Notes under the pieces: generated by a model | Told to the model about the DNA's origin: nothing | The model's database searches: none | What the model saw: only the letters and a program-made list of their open reading frames with translations | Made by a program: the position numbers and the translations under genes | Shown here: positions 18,085 through 26,191 of the stretch, in pieces | How the letters are laid out: every line of letters starts with the position of its first letter | How positions within the stretch are numbered: position 1 is the first letter of the stretch | Assembly: GCA_963719495.1 (NCBI GenBank) | Contig: CAVRCI010000002.1 | Location: 224,001-288,000, forward strand | Origin: an uncultured Verrucomicrobiae bacterium | GTDB taxonomy: Bacteria; Verrucomicrobiota; Verrucomicrobiia; Chthoniobacterales; JAATET01 | DNA: 64,000 nucleotides | Direction of reading: 5' to 3'

Positions 18085-19482
18085 TCAGCGGTAGCCGAAG
18101 AGTTGGCGGTTCTTGATGATGGAGGCGACATCGGGGGAGACGAGTTCTTCCCATTTGGGGTCGGCTTTGCGGATGTAGGCGAGGACGTCGGCGGAGCGGA
18201 TGCCGAGGTAGGATGGGTTGTAGTCCTCCATCGGGATGATGAATTTGTTCTCGAGCAGGTGCTGGTAGAGGTGCTCGAGGTTGGGGGCGACATCCCACTT
18301 GTCGGCGGGGACGATGGTGCCGTCCTCCTGCTTGAAGGGGTAGACGTAGAGTTTGACGCCCGTTTTGAAGAGGCGGCCGAGGCCTTCGAGGATGCCGCCT
18401 TCGAGTTCGACGTAGTATTTTTCCTCGAAGAGGTCCTTGAGAGCGGGGAGGCCCATGGGGAGGCCGATGAGGCGGTCGGTGTAGCGGGTGAGGTAGGCGA
18501 TGAGGCGGTGGTAGTGGCCGTAATTGCTGATGAGAACGGTGCGGCCGAGGGCGGCGAGCATGTCGACGCGGTCGAGGAAGTCGCGGAGGTCGAGTTCGCC
18601 GCCGGAGAGCAGGTTCTGCATGGTAATTTCCATAAGAACCTCGGGTTCTTCGCCGCGGAGGCGTTCCTCGGTCTCGAACATCGTGCGGGCGCAGTCGAGC
18701 ATGTCGTTGGTGACGTGGGTGACGGGGCGGAAGGAGCCGCGCTCGATGAGGAGATTTTTTTTGTAGAAGGCGTCGGCGGCGTTGATGACCTCGCCGTTGG
18801 CTCGGAAGAGGGCGGCTTTGGTGAGGCCCCGCGAGACGAGTTGGAGGGCCATGAGGCGGTTGTCGACCGAGACGAATTCGGGGCCGGAGAATCGGATCAT
18901 GTCGACCTCGATCCGTTTGTTGGTGAGGTCGTCGAGGAGGGAGCCGATGAGGGCTTCGGGGCGGTGATTGAGGTAGTAGGCACCGTAGATGAGATTGACG
19001 CCGATGATGCCCAGGGCTTCCTGCTGGGTGAGGTTGTCGACGTCGAGCATGCGGACGTGGAGGATGATCTCGTTGACTGGGGCGCGGGGGGAGGCCTGGA
19101 AGCGGAGCCCGAGCCAGCCGTGGGATTCGTCGTGGGTGCGGAAACTGCGGGCGGCGACGGTGTCGGCGAAGGCGAAGAAATTGCGGTCACCGCCGACGGT
19201 GGCGTCGAGGCGTTCGACGAGGAGGTCGAACTCGTGGGTGAGCATGGTGTCGAGGCGGCGGCGGCTGACGTAGCGGCCGGCGGAGCCGTAGATGGCGTCG
19301 GAGAACGTCATGTCGTAGGCCGAGATGGTCTTGGCGACGGTGCCGGCGGCGGCACCGACGTGGAAGAATCGGCGGGCGACTTCCTGGCCGGCTCCGATCT
19401 CGGCGAAGGTGCCGTAGATCCGCTTGTCCATGTTGATTTGGAAGGCCTTTTTGTTGCACTGGAGATCGAAGTTTCCGTCCAT
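18085..19482 (-). CDS. Conserved cytoplasmic protein with a CinA/PncC-like N-terminal region and a degenerate NadD-like nucleotidyltransferase domain
   Basis: YGTFAEIGAGQEVARRFF.GAAAGTVAKTISAYDMTFSDAIYG; ERGSFRPVT; C-terminal IRSADVLAYIR...WEELVSPDVASIIKNRQLFGY. Confidence 0.7.
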   Translation of the reverse strand: MDGNFDLQCNKKAFQINMDKRIYGTFAEIGAGQEVARRFFHVGAAAGTVAKTISAYDMTFSDAIYGSAGRYVSRRRLDTMLTHEFDLLVERLDATVGGDRNFFAFADTVAARSFRTHDESHGWLGLRFQASPRAPVNEIILHVRMLDVDNLTQQEALGIIGVNLIYGAYYLNHRPEALIGSLLDDLTNKRIEVDMIRFSGPEFVSVDNRLMALQLVSRGLTKAALFRANGEVINAADAFYKKNLLIERGSFRPVTHVTNDMLDCARTMFETEERLRGEEPEVLMEITMQNLLSGGELDLRDFLDRVDMLAALGRTVLISNYGHYHRLIAYLTRYTDRLIGLPMGLPALKDLFEEKYYVELEGGILEGLGRLFKTGVKLYVYPFKQEDGTIVPADKWDVAPNLEHLYQHLLENKFIIPMEDYNPSYLGIRSADVLAYIRKADPKWEELVSPDVASIIKNRQLFGYR

Positions 19483-19521
19483 GGCGGCGGATCATACCCG
19501 ATGCGGTGGGCTGGTTACAGC

Positions 19522-19554
19522 GTGAATGGTGATTGGTGAATGGTGAATGGTGGG
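19522..19554 (+). repeat. Heptamer tandem array, GTGAWTG x4 followed by GTGGG
   Basis: gtgaatg gtgattg gtgaatg gtgaatg gtggg. Confidence 0.85.
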
Positions 19555-19768
19555 ATGCGGTCGGCTCCCGCTGGCGCGGGTTGCCGTTTTCTCGAATTCC
19601 TGGGGGCTTCATCGGGAATTCTCGGAAGCCGACAAGGATTGTGGGATGTCGAACTCGAGGATTTTGGAAAGCGGGGATGACGCGGATTTTGATTTATGCG
19701 GTGATAGCGTCGTGGTGAGTGACGGGAATCCAACGAGCGATGAACTGGAGCGTGATCGGAGATATGAG

Positions 19769-20569
19769 GTGACTCGGCGGTGGTTTGTTCGGGGTGGGTT
19801 GTCGGCGGTGGCTCTGGGTGGGGCGGGGCTGGCTTGGGCTGGGGGCGTGGAGTTGGAGTGGATCGAGGTGCGGCGGGTTCGGTTGGATCTGGGGCTCGGG
19901 CGGCCTTTGCGGATGGTGGCGGTGAGCGATTTGCACTTCGATCCGGTTTACGAGGTGGCTTATGTGGAGCGGGCGATGGATCGAATTGCCGGGTTGGAGC
20001 CGGATCTTTTCTTGGTCGCGGGGGATCTCTTTACTCACGATGCGCGGCGGGCGGATGATTTGGCGGCGATTCTGGCGCGGGTTAAGGCTCGGTTGGGGAC
20101 TTTTGTCGCGCTGGGGAACCACGATTTCTGGTCGGGGGAGAAACGGATCTCGAAGGCGTTGGCGGCGGTGGGGATCCGAGTGCTTCGCAACGAGTGCGTG
20201 GCTTTGCCGGGGTTCGATGACTGCTTCGTGAGCGGGTTGGAAAGCTACTGGGCGGGGGAGCCGGATGCGGGGGTGCTGCGGTCGACGCCCGAGGGGTCGC
20301 GGCACATTTTGGTGGTGCACGAGCCGGATCCTTTTGACGAGATCACGGATCCGCGAGTGCGCTTGCAGGTGTCGGGTCATACTCACGGCGGGCAGGTGCG
20401 GCTGCCGCTGGTCGGGGCGCTGCGGTTGCCGCGGTGGGGGAAACGGTATGACGCGGGGTTGTTCGTGGACGGCGGGCGGCATCTTTACGTGACCCGGGGG
20501 TTGGGGTCTTTGCGGCCGCACGTCCGGTTTTTTTGCCGACCGGAGATCGTGGTTTTCGAGCTGGTTTGA
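19769..20569 (+). CDS. Calcineurin-like metallophosphoesterase (YkuE-like) with a Tat-like N-terminus; start uncertain
   Basis: SDLH, GDL, GNHD, HEPD, SGHTHGGQ; TRRWFV followed by a hydrophobic stretch; GGAG upstream of GTG 19769. Confidence 0.9.
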   Translation: MTRRWFVRGGLSAVALGGAGLAWAGGVELEWIEVRRVRLDLGLGRPLRMVAVSDLHFDPVYEVAYVERAMDRIAGLEPDLFLVAGDLFTHDARRADDLAAILARVKARLGTFVALGNHDFWSGEKRISKALAAVGIRVLRNECVALPGFDDCFVSGLESYWAGEPDAGVLRSTPEGSRHILVVHEPDPFDEITDPRVRLQVSGHTHGGQVRLPLVGALRLPRWGKRYDAGLFVDGGRHLYVTRGLGSLRPHVRFFCRPEIVVFELV

Positions 20570-20693
20570 GCTTCGCTTTGGGTTGGTTCGGCGATTGCAA
20601 ATCGCCGCTCCTTGAGGGTGGCTCGGCGGGAGTGTGCCGGTGTTTGGGGGAGTGCTGGGAAAAAGTTACGGCTCGGCGGGAGCCTCGCCCTCC
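20570..20693 (-). repeat. Cluster of REP-like hairpins (family A short form plus GGAGGGCGAGGCTCCCGCCGAGCCG)
   Basis: 31-nt core 20588-20618 is identical to 31628-31658; second hairpin at 20669-20693; lies between convergent genes. Confidence 0.85.
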
Positions 20694-20710
20694 GGGGGGT
20701 GGATTGCCGC

Positions 20711-21829
20711 CTAGCGGCTGCAGATTTTTACGATTAGGCGGTCGAGGACGACCGATTCGGCTAGTTGGGTGGTGACCAATGTTCGGTTGGCTTCGGCGCA
20801 GGCCAGGTAGGCGTCTTGGAGCTCGAGGACTTCGAAGCGTCGGGAGTTGGCGGCGGCGATCCCTAACGGGTAGGTGCTGAGGGTGCCGTCTTTCTTGCGG
20901 GGAAGGTGGGCGGTGGCGCTGTCGGGGAGTTTTTTTAGGGATCCGGCGAAGTATTGTGGCTGGCCCGGGACGGGGATGCGGTGGCGGTCCATGAGGTCTT
21001 TGACGAGGAGGAGATTGCGGACCGTGGGAATGATGGCGGCCAGGAGGATGCCGACGGCTTTTTCACCTTGGGTGAAGAGTTGGGTGAGGGTGGTGAGGCT
21101 GAGGGGGAGGTCGCGTTTGGAGATGGAATTGCCGAGGTCGAAGATACTGCCGGAGCGGGTGGTGGGGACGAGGGTGCGGACGTCGTCTTCGGTGATCTCG
21201 TGGTCGGGGGGGAAGGCGAGGGAGAGCTTCTCGAGTTCGTTTTCGATCTGACGGGTTTCGGTGCCGACGCGGGCGGCGAGGAGGGCGGCGGCGTCGGGCG
21301 TGACGTTGAGGTGGCGGGCGGCGACGCGTTGCTGGACCCAATCGACGACGTCGGCTTCGGTGGTGCCCCAACCGAGGGAGACTTTGTCGTGGATGGTGGT
21401 GGTGGCGAGCTTGGTGAGGGACTTGTAGGCGGTGCGGCGTTTGTCGGCTTCGGGGGCGCTGATGAGGAAGGTGACGTCGGGGGGCAGGCCGCTTTCAACC
21501 GTGGCGACGAGGCGGTCGAGGGCGGTGGCGACGGTGTCGGAGCGGCCGGTGACGGAGTCGGCGAGGAAGGAGGCGTTCTTGAGCCAGACGAGCTTGGCTC
21601 CGCCGAAGAAGGCGACGGTGAGGAGGGCTTCGATGGTGCGGCCGACGCACTCGGCGGAGCGTTCGGCATTCGCGTCGGCTCCGTCGATGGTTTCGGTGGC
21701 GAGGGGGTCGTCGGAGGGCGCGAGCTGGGCGGCGAGTTCCGTGGCGGCGGTCTTGACCGCGGACTCGTCGGAGCCGGTGACGAAGTGGACGCGGGTGTCG
21801 GCGGAGGGTTTCTTTTTCGCGGCGGGCAT
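20711..21829 (-). CDS. holA: DNA polymerase III subunit delta
   Basis: VHFVTGSDE, TVAFFGGAKLVWLKNA, DKRR..YK, IENELEKL, ITEDDV, SIFDL. Confidence 0.9.
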   Translation of the reverse strand: MPAAKKKPSADTRVHFVTGSDESAVKTAATELAAQLAPSDDPLATETIDGADANAERSAECVGRTIEALLTVAFFGGAKLVWLKNASFLADSVTGRSDTVATALDRLVATVESGLPPDVTFLISAPEADKRRTAYKSLTKLATTTIHDKVSLGWGTTEADVVDWVQQRVAARHLNVTPDAAALLAARVGTETRQIENELEKLSLAFPPDHEITEDDVRTLVPTTRSGSIFDLGNSISKRDLPLSLTTLTQLFTQGEKAVGILLAAIIPTVRNLLLVKDLMDRHRIPVPGQPQYFAGSLKKLPDSATAHLPRKKDGTLSTYPLGIAAANSRRFEVLELQDAYLACAEANRTLVTTQLAESVVLDRLIVKICSR

Positions 21830-21896
21830 GGGGACAGGAGTTTCGCGGTAAGGACGGGAAGAACGCAAAGGGTGAATTTTTCTATTGGGTTTCTTC

Positions 21897-21991
21897 GGAC
21901 AGGATTTACGGGATTTTCAGGATTTTTGAGGAGGCTGATGGGGGTTTGAGAAATCGAAATTCAATCCTTCAAATCCAGTGAATCCGGTCCA
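21897..21991. repeat. MITE-like element with 9-mer-periodic inverted arms
   Basis: GGACAGGATTTACGGGATTTTCAGGATT ... GAAATTCAATCCTTCAAATCCAGTGAATCCGGTCCA; right arm 32/36 identical to 3598-3633. Confidence 0.85.
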
Positions 21992-22005
21992 ACTTCGCAT
22001 TTGGG

Positions 22006-22650
22006 TTATTTCTGCCAGGCCCAGCGGTTGGCGATGAGGACGACGGTGGTGGAGAGGACGATGAGGATGGCGGAGAGGCCGAGGGCGAGAGGAAGGTCGC
22101 CGGATTCGGTGGCGGTGTAGATGGCGGTCGGCATGGTCTGCGTGCGTCCCGGGATGTTGCCGGCGAGCATGAGGGTGGCGCCGAACTCGCCGAGGGCGCG
22201 AGCGAAGGCAAGGACCGCGGCGGCGGCGATGCTGGCTTTGGCAATGGGGATGTCGATGCGGAGGAGGCGCTGGAGCGGGGTGACTCCGAGAAGGCGGCCG
22301 GCGTCGTGGAGCTCGGGGTCGATCATGAGAAAGGCCGAGCGGGTGAGGAGGTAGACGATGGGGAACGAGACGACGAAGGCGGCGACGACGGTGCCGGGCC
22401 AACTGAAGACGAGCGGGAGGCCGATGGTGTCGAGGAGGCCGCCGAGGGGGCTGCGTTTGCCGAAGGTGAGGAGGAGGAGGAGGCCGGTGACGGTGGGCGG
22501 GAGGACGAGCGGGAGGAGGCAGACGGCGTCGAGGAGTCCGAGCCACGGGCCGCGGCGGTGGGCGCGCCAGGCGGCGAGGGCGGTGCCGGTGACGACTGCG
22601 AGGAGGGTGGCGGTTGTTGCCGTTGCTAGCGAGATGAGTAGGGCGGACAT
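22006..22650 (-). CDS. modB: Molybdate ABC transporter permease
   Basis: LPLVLPPTVTG.LLL..FG, FARALGEFGATLMLAGNIPGRTQTMP.AIY. Confidence 0.95.
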   Translation of the reverse strand: MSALLISLATATTATLLAVVTGTALAAWRAHRRGPWLGLLDAVCLLPLVLPPTVTGLLLLLTFGKRSPLGGLLDTIGLPLVFSWPGTVVAAFVVSFPIVYLLTRSAFLMIDPELHDAGRLLGVTPLQRLLRIDIPIAKASIAAAAVLAFARALGEFGATLMLAGNIPGRTQTMPTAIYTATESGDLPLALGLSAILIVLSTTVVLIANRWAWQK

Positions 22651-22669
22651 TCTTGGTGTCGGGGGGAGT

Positions 22670-22702
22670 GTGATTGGTGATTAGTGAGTGGTGACTGGTG
22701 GG
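22670..22702 (+). repeat. Heptamer tandem array, GTGANTR x4 followed by GTGGG; supplies the modA stop codon
   Basis: gtgattg gtgatta gtgagtg gtgactg gtggg; the TAA of modA is at 22681-22683. Confidence 0.8.
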
Positions 22703-23361
22703 GTGAAGCCTTGAGTTTTGAAGATCTTTTGGGCTGATTCCGAGAGGAGGAGGTTTAGGAAGGCTTTGGCCTCCGGTGAATTGGATATGAGGGTGGCTTC
22801 GTAGGTGATCGGGGGGTGGGAATCCTCGGGGGTGGGGGTGACGAGGCGGACCTGGTCGTTGACGTCGGTGGCGTAGACGAAGCCGGCTTGGGCGTTGCCG
22901 GTGGCGACGTAGGTCAGGACTTGGCGGACGTCTTTGGCGTAGATGAGTGCTGGTTCGAGGGTGGTGCGGAGGTCGAGGTGATCGAGGGTGGCTAGGGTGT
23001 AAGTTCCGGCGGGGGCGGTGGCGGGGTTGGCGATGGCGATGGTGGTGATGCGGGGGTGGGTGAGGTCGGTGATTTTGGTGAGGAAGTGGGTCTCGCGGCT
23101 GGCGATGAGGACGAGGGTGTTGCCGAGGAATGGAACCTTCTCGACGCTGGGGAGGTCGGGAATCGGACCTGCGGTGAGGAGGAGGTCGGCGGGGGCTCCG
23201 TTTTCGATCTGGCGGGCGAGGGCGTTGGAGCCGCCGACGTTGAGGGTGATGGTGGTGCCGGGGTGGGCGGTCTCGAAAGCGACGGCAATCGCTTCGAGCG
23301 GGGATTGCAGGCTGGCGGCGGCGGAAACGAGGAGGGTGGCGAGGAGTGGGACAGGTGGCAT
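22681..23361 (-). CDS. modA: Molybdate-binding protein (compact, no obvious signal peptide)
   Basis: VSAAASL, GGSNALARQIENGAPAD, ANPATAPAG.Y, DVRQVL.YV..G.AQAGFVYATD, HPPITY. Confidence 0.88.
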   Translation of the reverse strand: MPPVPLLATLLVSAAASLQSPLEAIAVAFETAHPGTTITLNVGGSNALARQIENGAPADLLLTAGPIPDLPSVEKVPFLGNTLVLIASRETHFLTKITDLTHPRITTIAIANPATAPAGTYTLATLDHLDLRTTLEPALIYAKDVRQVLTYVATGNAQAGFVYATDVNDQVRLVTPTPEDSHPPITYEATLISNSPEAKAFLNLLLSESAQKIFKTQGFTPPVTTH

Positions 23362-23419
23362 GGTGAGCGTGAAAGAAGAGAGGGGTGGCCGATCCTTGTC
23401 CAGTCCAGCGACCTCTTCG

Positions 23420-23475
23420 CCCCGCCGTGACCGATAAAACGTAACGGCCGTTACGTTTTATCGGTGGTGGCGGGG
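23420..23475. other. 36-bp perfect palindrome (23430-23465) within a 56-bp hairpin, between divergent modA and lptF
   Basis: ACCGATAAAACGTAACGG|CCGTTACGTTTTATCGGT flanked by CCCCGCC and GGCGGGG. Confidence 0.9.
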
Positions 23476-23535
23476 TGGGTGGGTGGCGTTTGACGTGGGG
23501 GGGGAATCCGGTTACCGATCTTGGCTCGCTACTTC

Positions 23536-24642
23536 ATGAAGATTATCGATCGCACCGTCGGGAAGGACGTTTTTGTTACGATGCTGATTGGTATCACCGT
23601 CCTGAGCTTGGTGCTCGTGCTGGGGAATTTGTTTCAGCAGTTGCTCGATTTGCTGATCAATCGGGACGTTCCGATCGGGACTTTGCTGGCCTTCATGGCG
23701 TTCGTGTTGCCGTTTTCGCTGACGTTCACGATTCCTTGGGGGTTTCTGACGGCGTTGCTGCTCATTTTCGGGCGGATGTCGGCGGACAACGAGTTGATTG
23801 CTTTGCGGAGCAATGGGGTGAGCATTCCGCGGATCTGCGTGCCGGTGTTCGCGCTGGCGGTGACGCTGACGGGGATTTGTTTCTGGATCAACGCGGACGT
23901 GGCTCCGAAGGCGGAGCAGAAGATGACGGAGGCGGTGTTCGACATCGCGACGAGTAATCCGATTTCGTTGTTCGCGGCGGATCAGGTGGTCGACGACTTT
24001 CCGGACAAGCGGGTTTACGTGGGGGCGAAGAACGGGGACGTGCTGGAAAATTTGCTGATGTTCGACATCAACGACAGCAACGAGCCGACGCGGGTGATCT
24101 TCGCGAAGAAGGGCACGCTGACGCCGGATCCGGCGAAGGCGCAGTTGCTGCTCAAGTTGTCGGACGCCCGGTTCGAGCAGCGGGATCGCGATGATCCGCG
24201 GGACGTTTACAACATTCAGCAGGGGATCGTGATGAAGGAGGGGGTGTTCCCGATTTCGTTGCAGGCGATGTTCGACGAGCATCTGACCGGGCGGCGGCTG
24301 AGCTCGTATACTTTGCCGGAGTTGATCGGGCGCTTGGGCGAGGACGAGATCGATAATCGGCAGGCGACTCGGGTGGAGCTGAGCAAGCGGTTTTCGTCTT
24401 CGCTGGCTTGTTTTGCGTTTGCGTTGGTGGCGGTGCCACTGGGGATCACGGCTCACCGGAAAGAGACCTCGGTGGGGTTCGCGCTGAGTCTCGGGATCGC
24501 TTTTACCTACTTCTTTTTCATCATTCTCGCGGACACCTTCCGGGATAATCCGGCGGCGTTTCCGGAGTATTTGATTTGGATTCCGAACGTCGTTTTCATG
24601 ACGCTGGGGACGGTGCTTTTTGTGCGGTTGTCGAAGCGGTGA
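23536..24642 (+). CDS. LptF/LptG family LPS export permease
   Basis: MKIIDR, TIPWGFL..LL.FGRMSADNELIALRSNGVS, periplasmic beta region, KRFS...ACFAFALVAVPLG, W.PN. Confidence 0.92.
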   Translation: MKIIDRTVGKDVFVTMLIGITVLSLVLVLGNLFQQLLDLLINRDVPIGTLLAFMAFVLPFSLTFTIPWGFLTALLLIFGRMSADNELIALRSNGVSIPRICVPVFALAVTLTGICFWINADVAPKAEQKMTEAVFDIATSNPISLFAADQVVDDFPDKRVYVGAKNGDVLENLLMFDINDSNEPTRVIFAKKGTLTPDPAKAQLLLKLSDARFEQRDRDDPRDVYNIQQGIVMKEGVFPISLQAMFDEHLTGRRLSSYTLPELIGRLGEDEIDNRQATRVELSKRFSSSLACFAFALVAVPLGITAHRKETSVGFALSLGIAFTYFFFIILADTFRDNPAAFPEYLIWIPNVVFMTLGTVLFVRLSKR

Positions 24643-24695
24643 TTGTTCTCACGCGGAGGCGCAGGGACGCAGAGGCATTCTGAATGGGGGATGCC

Positions 24696-26057
24696 TTATG
24701 GCATGGTTGGGGGGAACATGGCGAAGCCGGCGGCGGCCATTCCGAGGAAGAGGAAGAAGCCGACGACGTCGGTTACCGTGGTCAGCATGATGGAGGAGGC
24801 CAGGGCGGGGTCGATTTTGAAGGCTTTGAGGCCGACGGGGATGAGGACTCCGGCGGCGGCGGCGGCGATCATGTTCAGGATCATGGCGATGCAGGCGACG
24901 ACTCCGAGGATGAGGTCGCCGCGCCAGAGGTAGCCGATGACGCCGATGGCGAGGCCGGTCGAGAGACCGGTGAGGGTGGCGACGAGGACTTCCTTCGCGA
25001 GAATGCGGCGCTTGAGGCGGCCTTCCATTTCGCCGAGGGCCATGGAGCGGACGACGATGGTGAGGGTTTGCATCCCGACGTTGCCGCCTTGGCTGGCGAT
25101 GATGGGGAGGAAGACGGCGAGGACGGCGTATTTGTCGATGGTGGGTTCGAAGAGGGAGACGACCCAGCCCGCGAGGATGGCGGTGGCGAGGTTCACGTAG
25201 AGCCAGGGGAGTCGGCGCTGGAAGGAAATTTTCCACGGGGTGTCGAGCATCTCTTCGCCGGAGAGGCCGATCATGCGCTGCATGTCCTCGGTGGCTTCCT
25301 CTTCGATGACGTCCATGACGTCGTCGGAGGTGACGATGCCGCAGAGGCGTTTGAGGTCGTCGACGACCGGGAGGGCAACGAAATGGTGCTCGCGGAAGAG
25401 GTTGGCGATCTCCTCCTGATCCGCGTGGACGGAGACGGCGCGCACTTCGCGGATCATGAGGTCGCGGAGGGGGGTATTCGGCCGGGCGAAGAGGAGGTCG
25501 CGGGTGCGGAGGACGCCGCGGAGGCGCTCGCCGGCGTCGGTCACGTAGACGTAGAACATGCCTTCGTGGGCGCCGGAGTCCTCGGAACGGAGGGTTTCGA
25601 TGGCCTCCTGGGAGGTCTGGTTTTCGCGGAGGGACACGAAGACCGGGTCCATGATGCCGCCGGCGGAGTCGCCGGGGTAGCCGAGGATCTCGGTGATCTT
25701 GGCGGCGGATTCGGGCGGGAGATTTTTGAGAATCTCGGCGAGGCGGGGCGGCGAGAGGTTGACGAGGATGTCGGCGGCGTCGTCGAGGAACATTTCGTCG
25801 ACGATGCCGGAGACGCGGTGGAGCCGCATTTTCTCGAAGAGGCGGACCTGAAGTTCCGGACCAAATTCGCCGATGATGTCGGCAGATTTTTCGTCGTCGA
25901 GTTTGCGGAGGATGGCGCGGAGTTCCGACAGGTCGATGTCGGCGAGCTGGTTCGCGGCGTCGCGGGCGTCGGCGTCGCGGAGGAACTCGATCCACTCGAC
26001 GTTGTCGGTGTTGCGCTCGGCGAGGTGCGGGATCTCGTAGGGTTCGTCGGTCGGCAT
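24696..26057 (-). CDS. mgtE: Magnesium transporter MgtE
   Basis: YPGDSAGGIM, CBS pair, GIVTSDD, EEATED, RLPWL, GGNVG.Q, DPALAS...TTVTDVVG. Confidence 0.97.
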   Translation of the reverse strand: MPTDEPYEIPHLAERNTDNVEWIEFLRDADARDAANQLADIDLSELRAILRKLDDEKSADIIGEFGPELQVRLFEKMRLHRVSGIVDEMFLDDAADILVNLSPPRLAEILKNLPPESAAKITEILGYPGDSAGGIMDPVFVSLRENQTSQEAIETLRSEDSGAHEGMFYVYVTDAGERLRGVLRTRDLLFARPNTPLRDLMIREVRAVSVHADQEEIANLFREHHFVALPVVDDLKRLCGIVTSDDVMDVIEEEATEDMQRMIGLSGEEMLDTPWKISFQRRLPWLYVNLATAILAGWVVSLFEPTIDKYAVLAVFLPIIASQGGNVGMQTLTIVVRSMALGEMEGRLKRRILAKEVLVATLTGLSTGLAIGVIGYLWRGDLILGVVACIAMILNMIAAAAAGVLIPVGLKAFKIDPALASSIMLTTVTDVVGFFLFLGMAAAGFAMFPPTMP

Positions 26058-26191
26058 CGGGGGGACCGTAGAGTTTTACGAATTAAGTATTAAGAATTAA
26101 GTGCGGCTGGGGGGGCGAATTGATCGTTGGTGGAGAAACGACGCGCTGGGCGGGCGGCAATGCAAGGGTGAAGTCGCCGACACGGCGGCTG

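Noticed and set aside
18085..19482. TonB-dependent receptor
   Set aside because: No signal peptide, plug or amphipathic beta-barrel pattern; the protein is too short and looks alpha/beta.
19522..19554. CRISPR array at the heptamer or REP clusters
   Set aside because: No 23-47-nt repeats with regular unique spacers, and no cas genes.
23362..23520. Moco riboswitch or ModE box upstream of modA
   Set aside because: I could not match the multi-stem Moco motif or the TATAT-N7-TAYAT ModE consensus by eye; an Rfam search would be needed.
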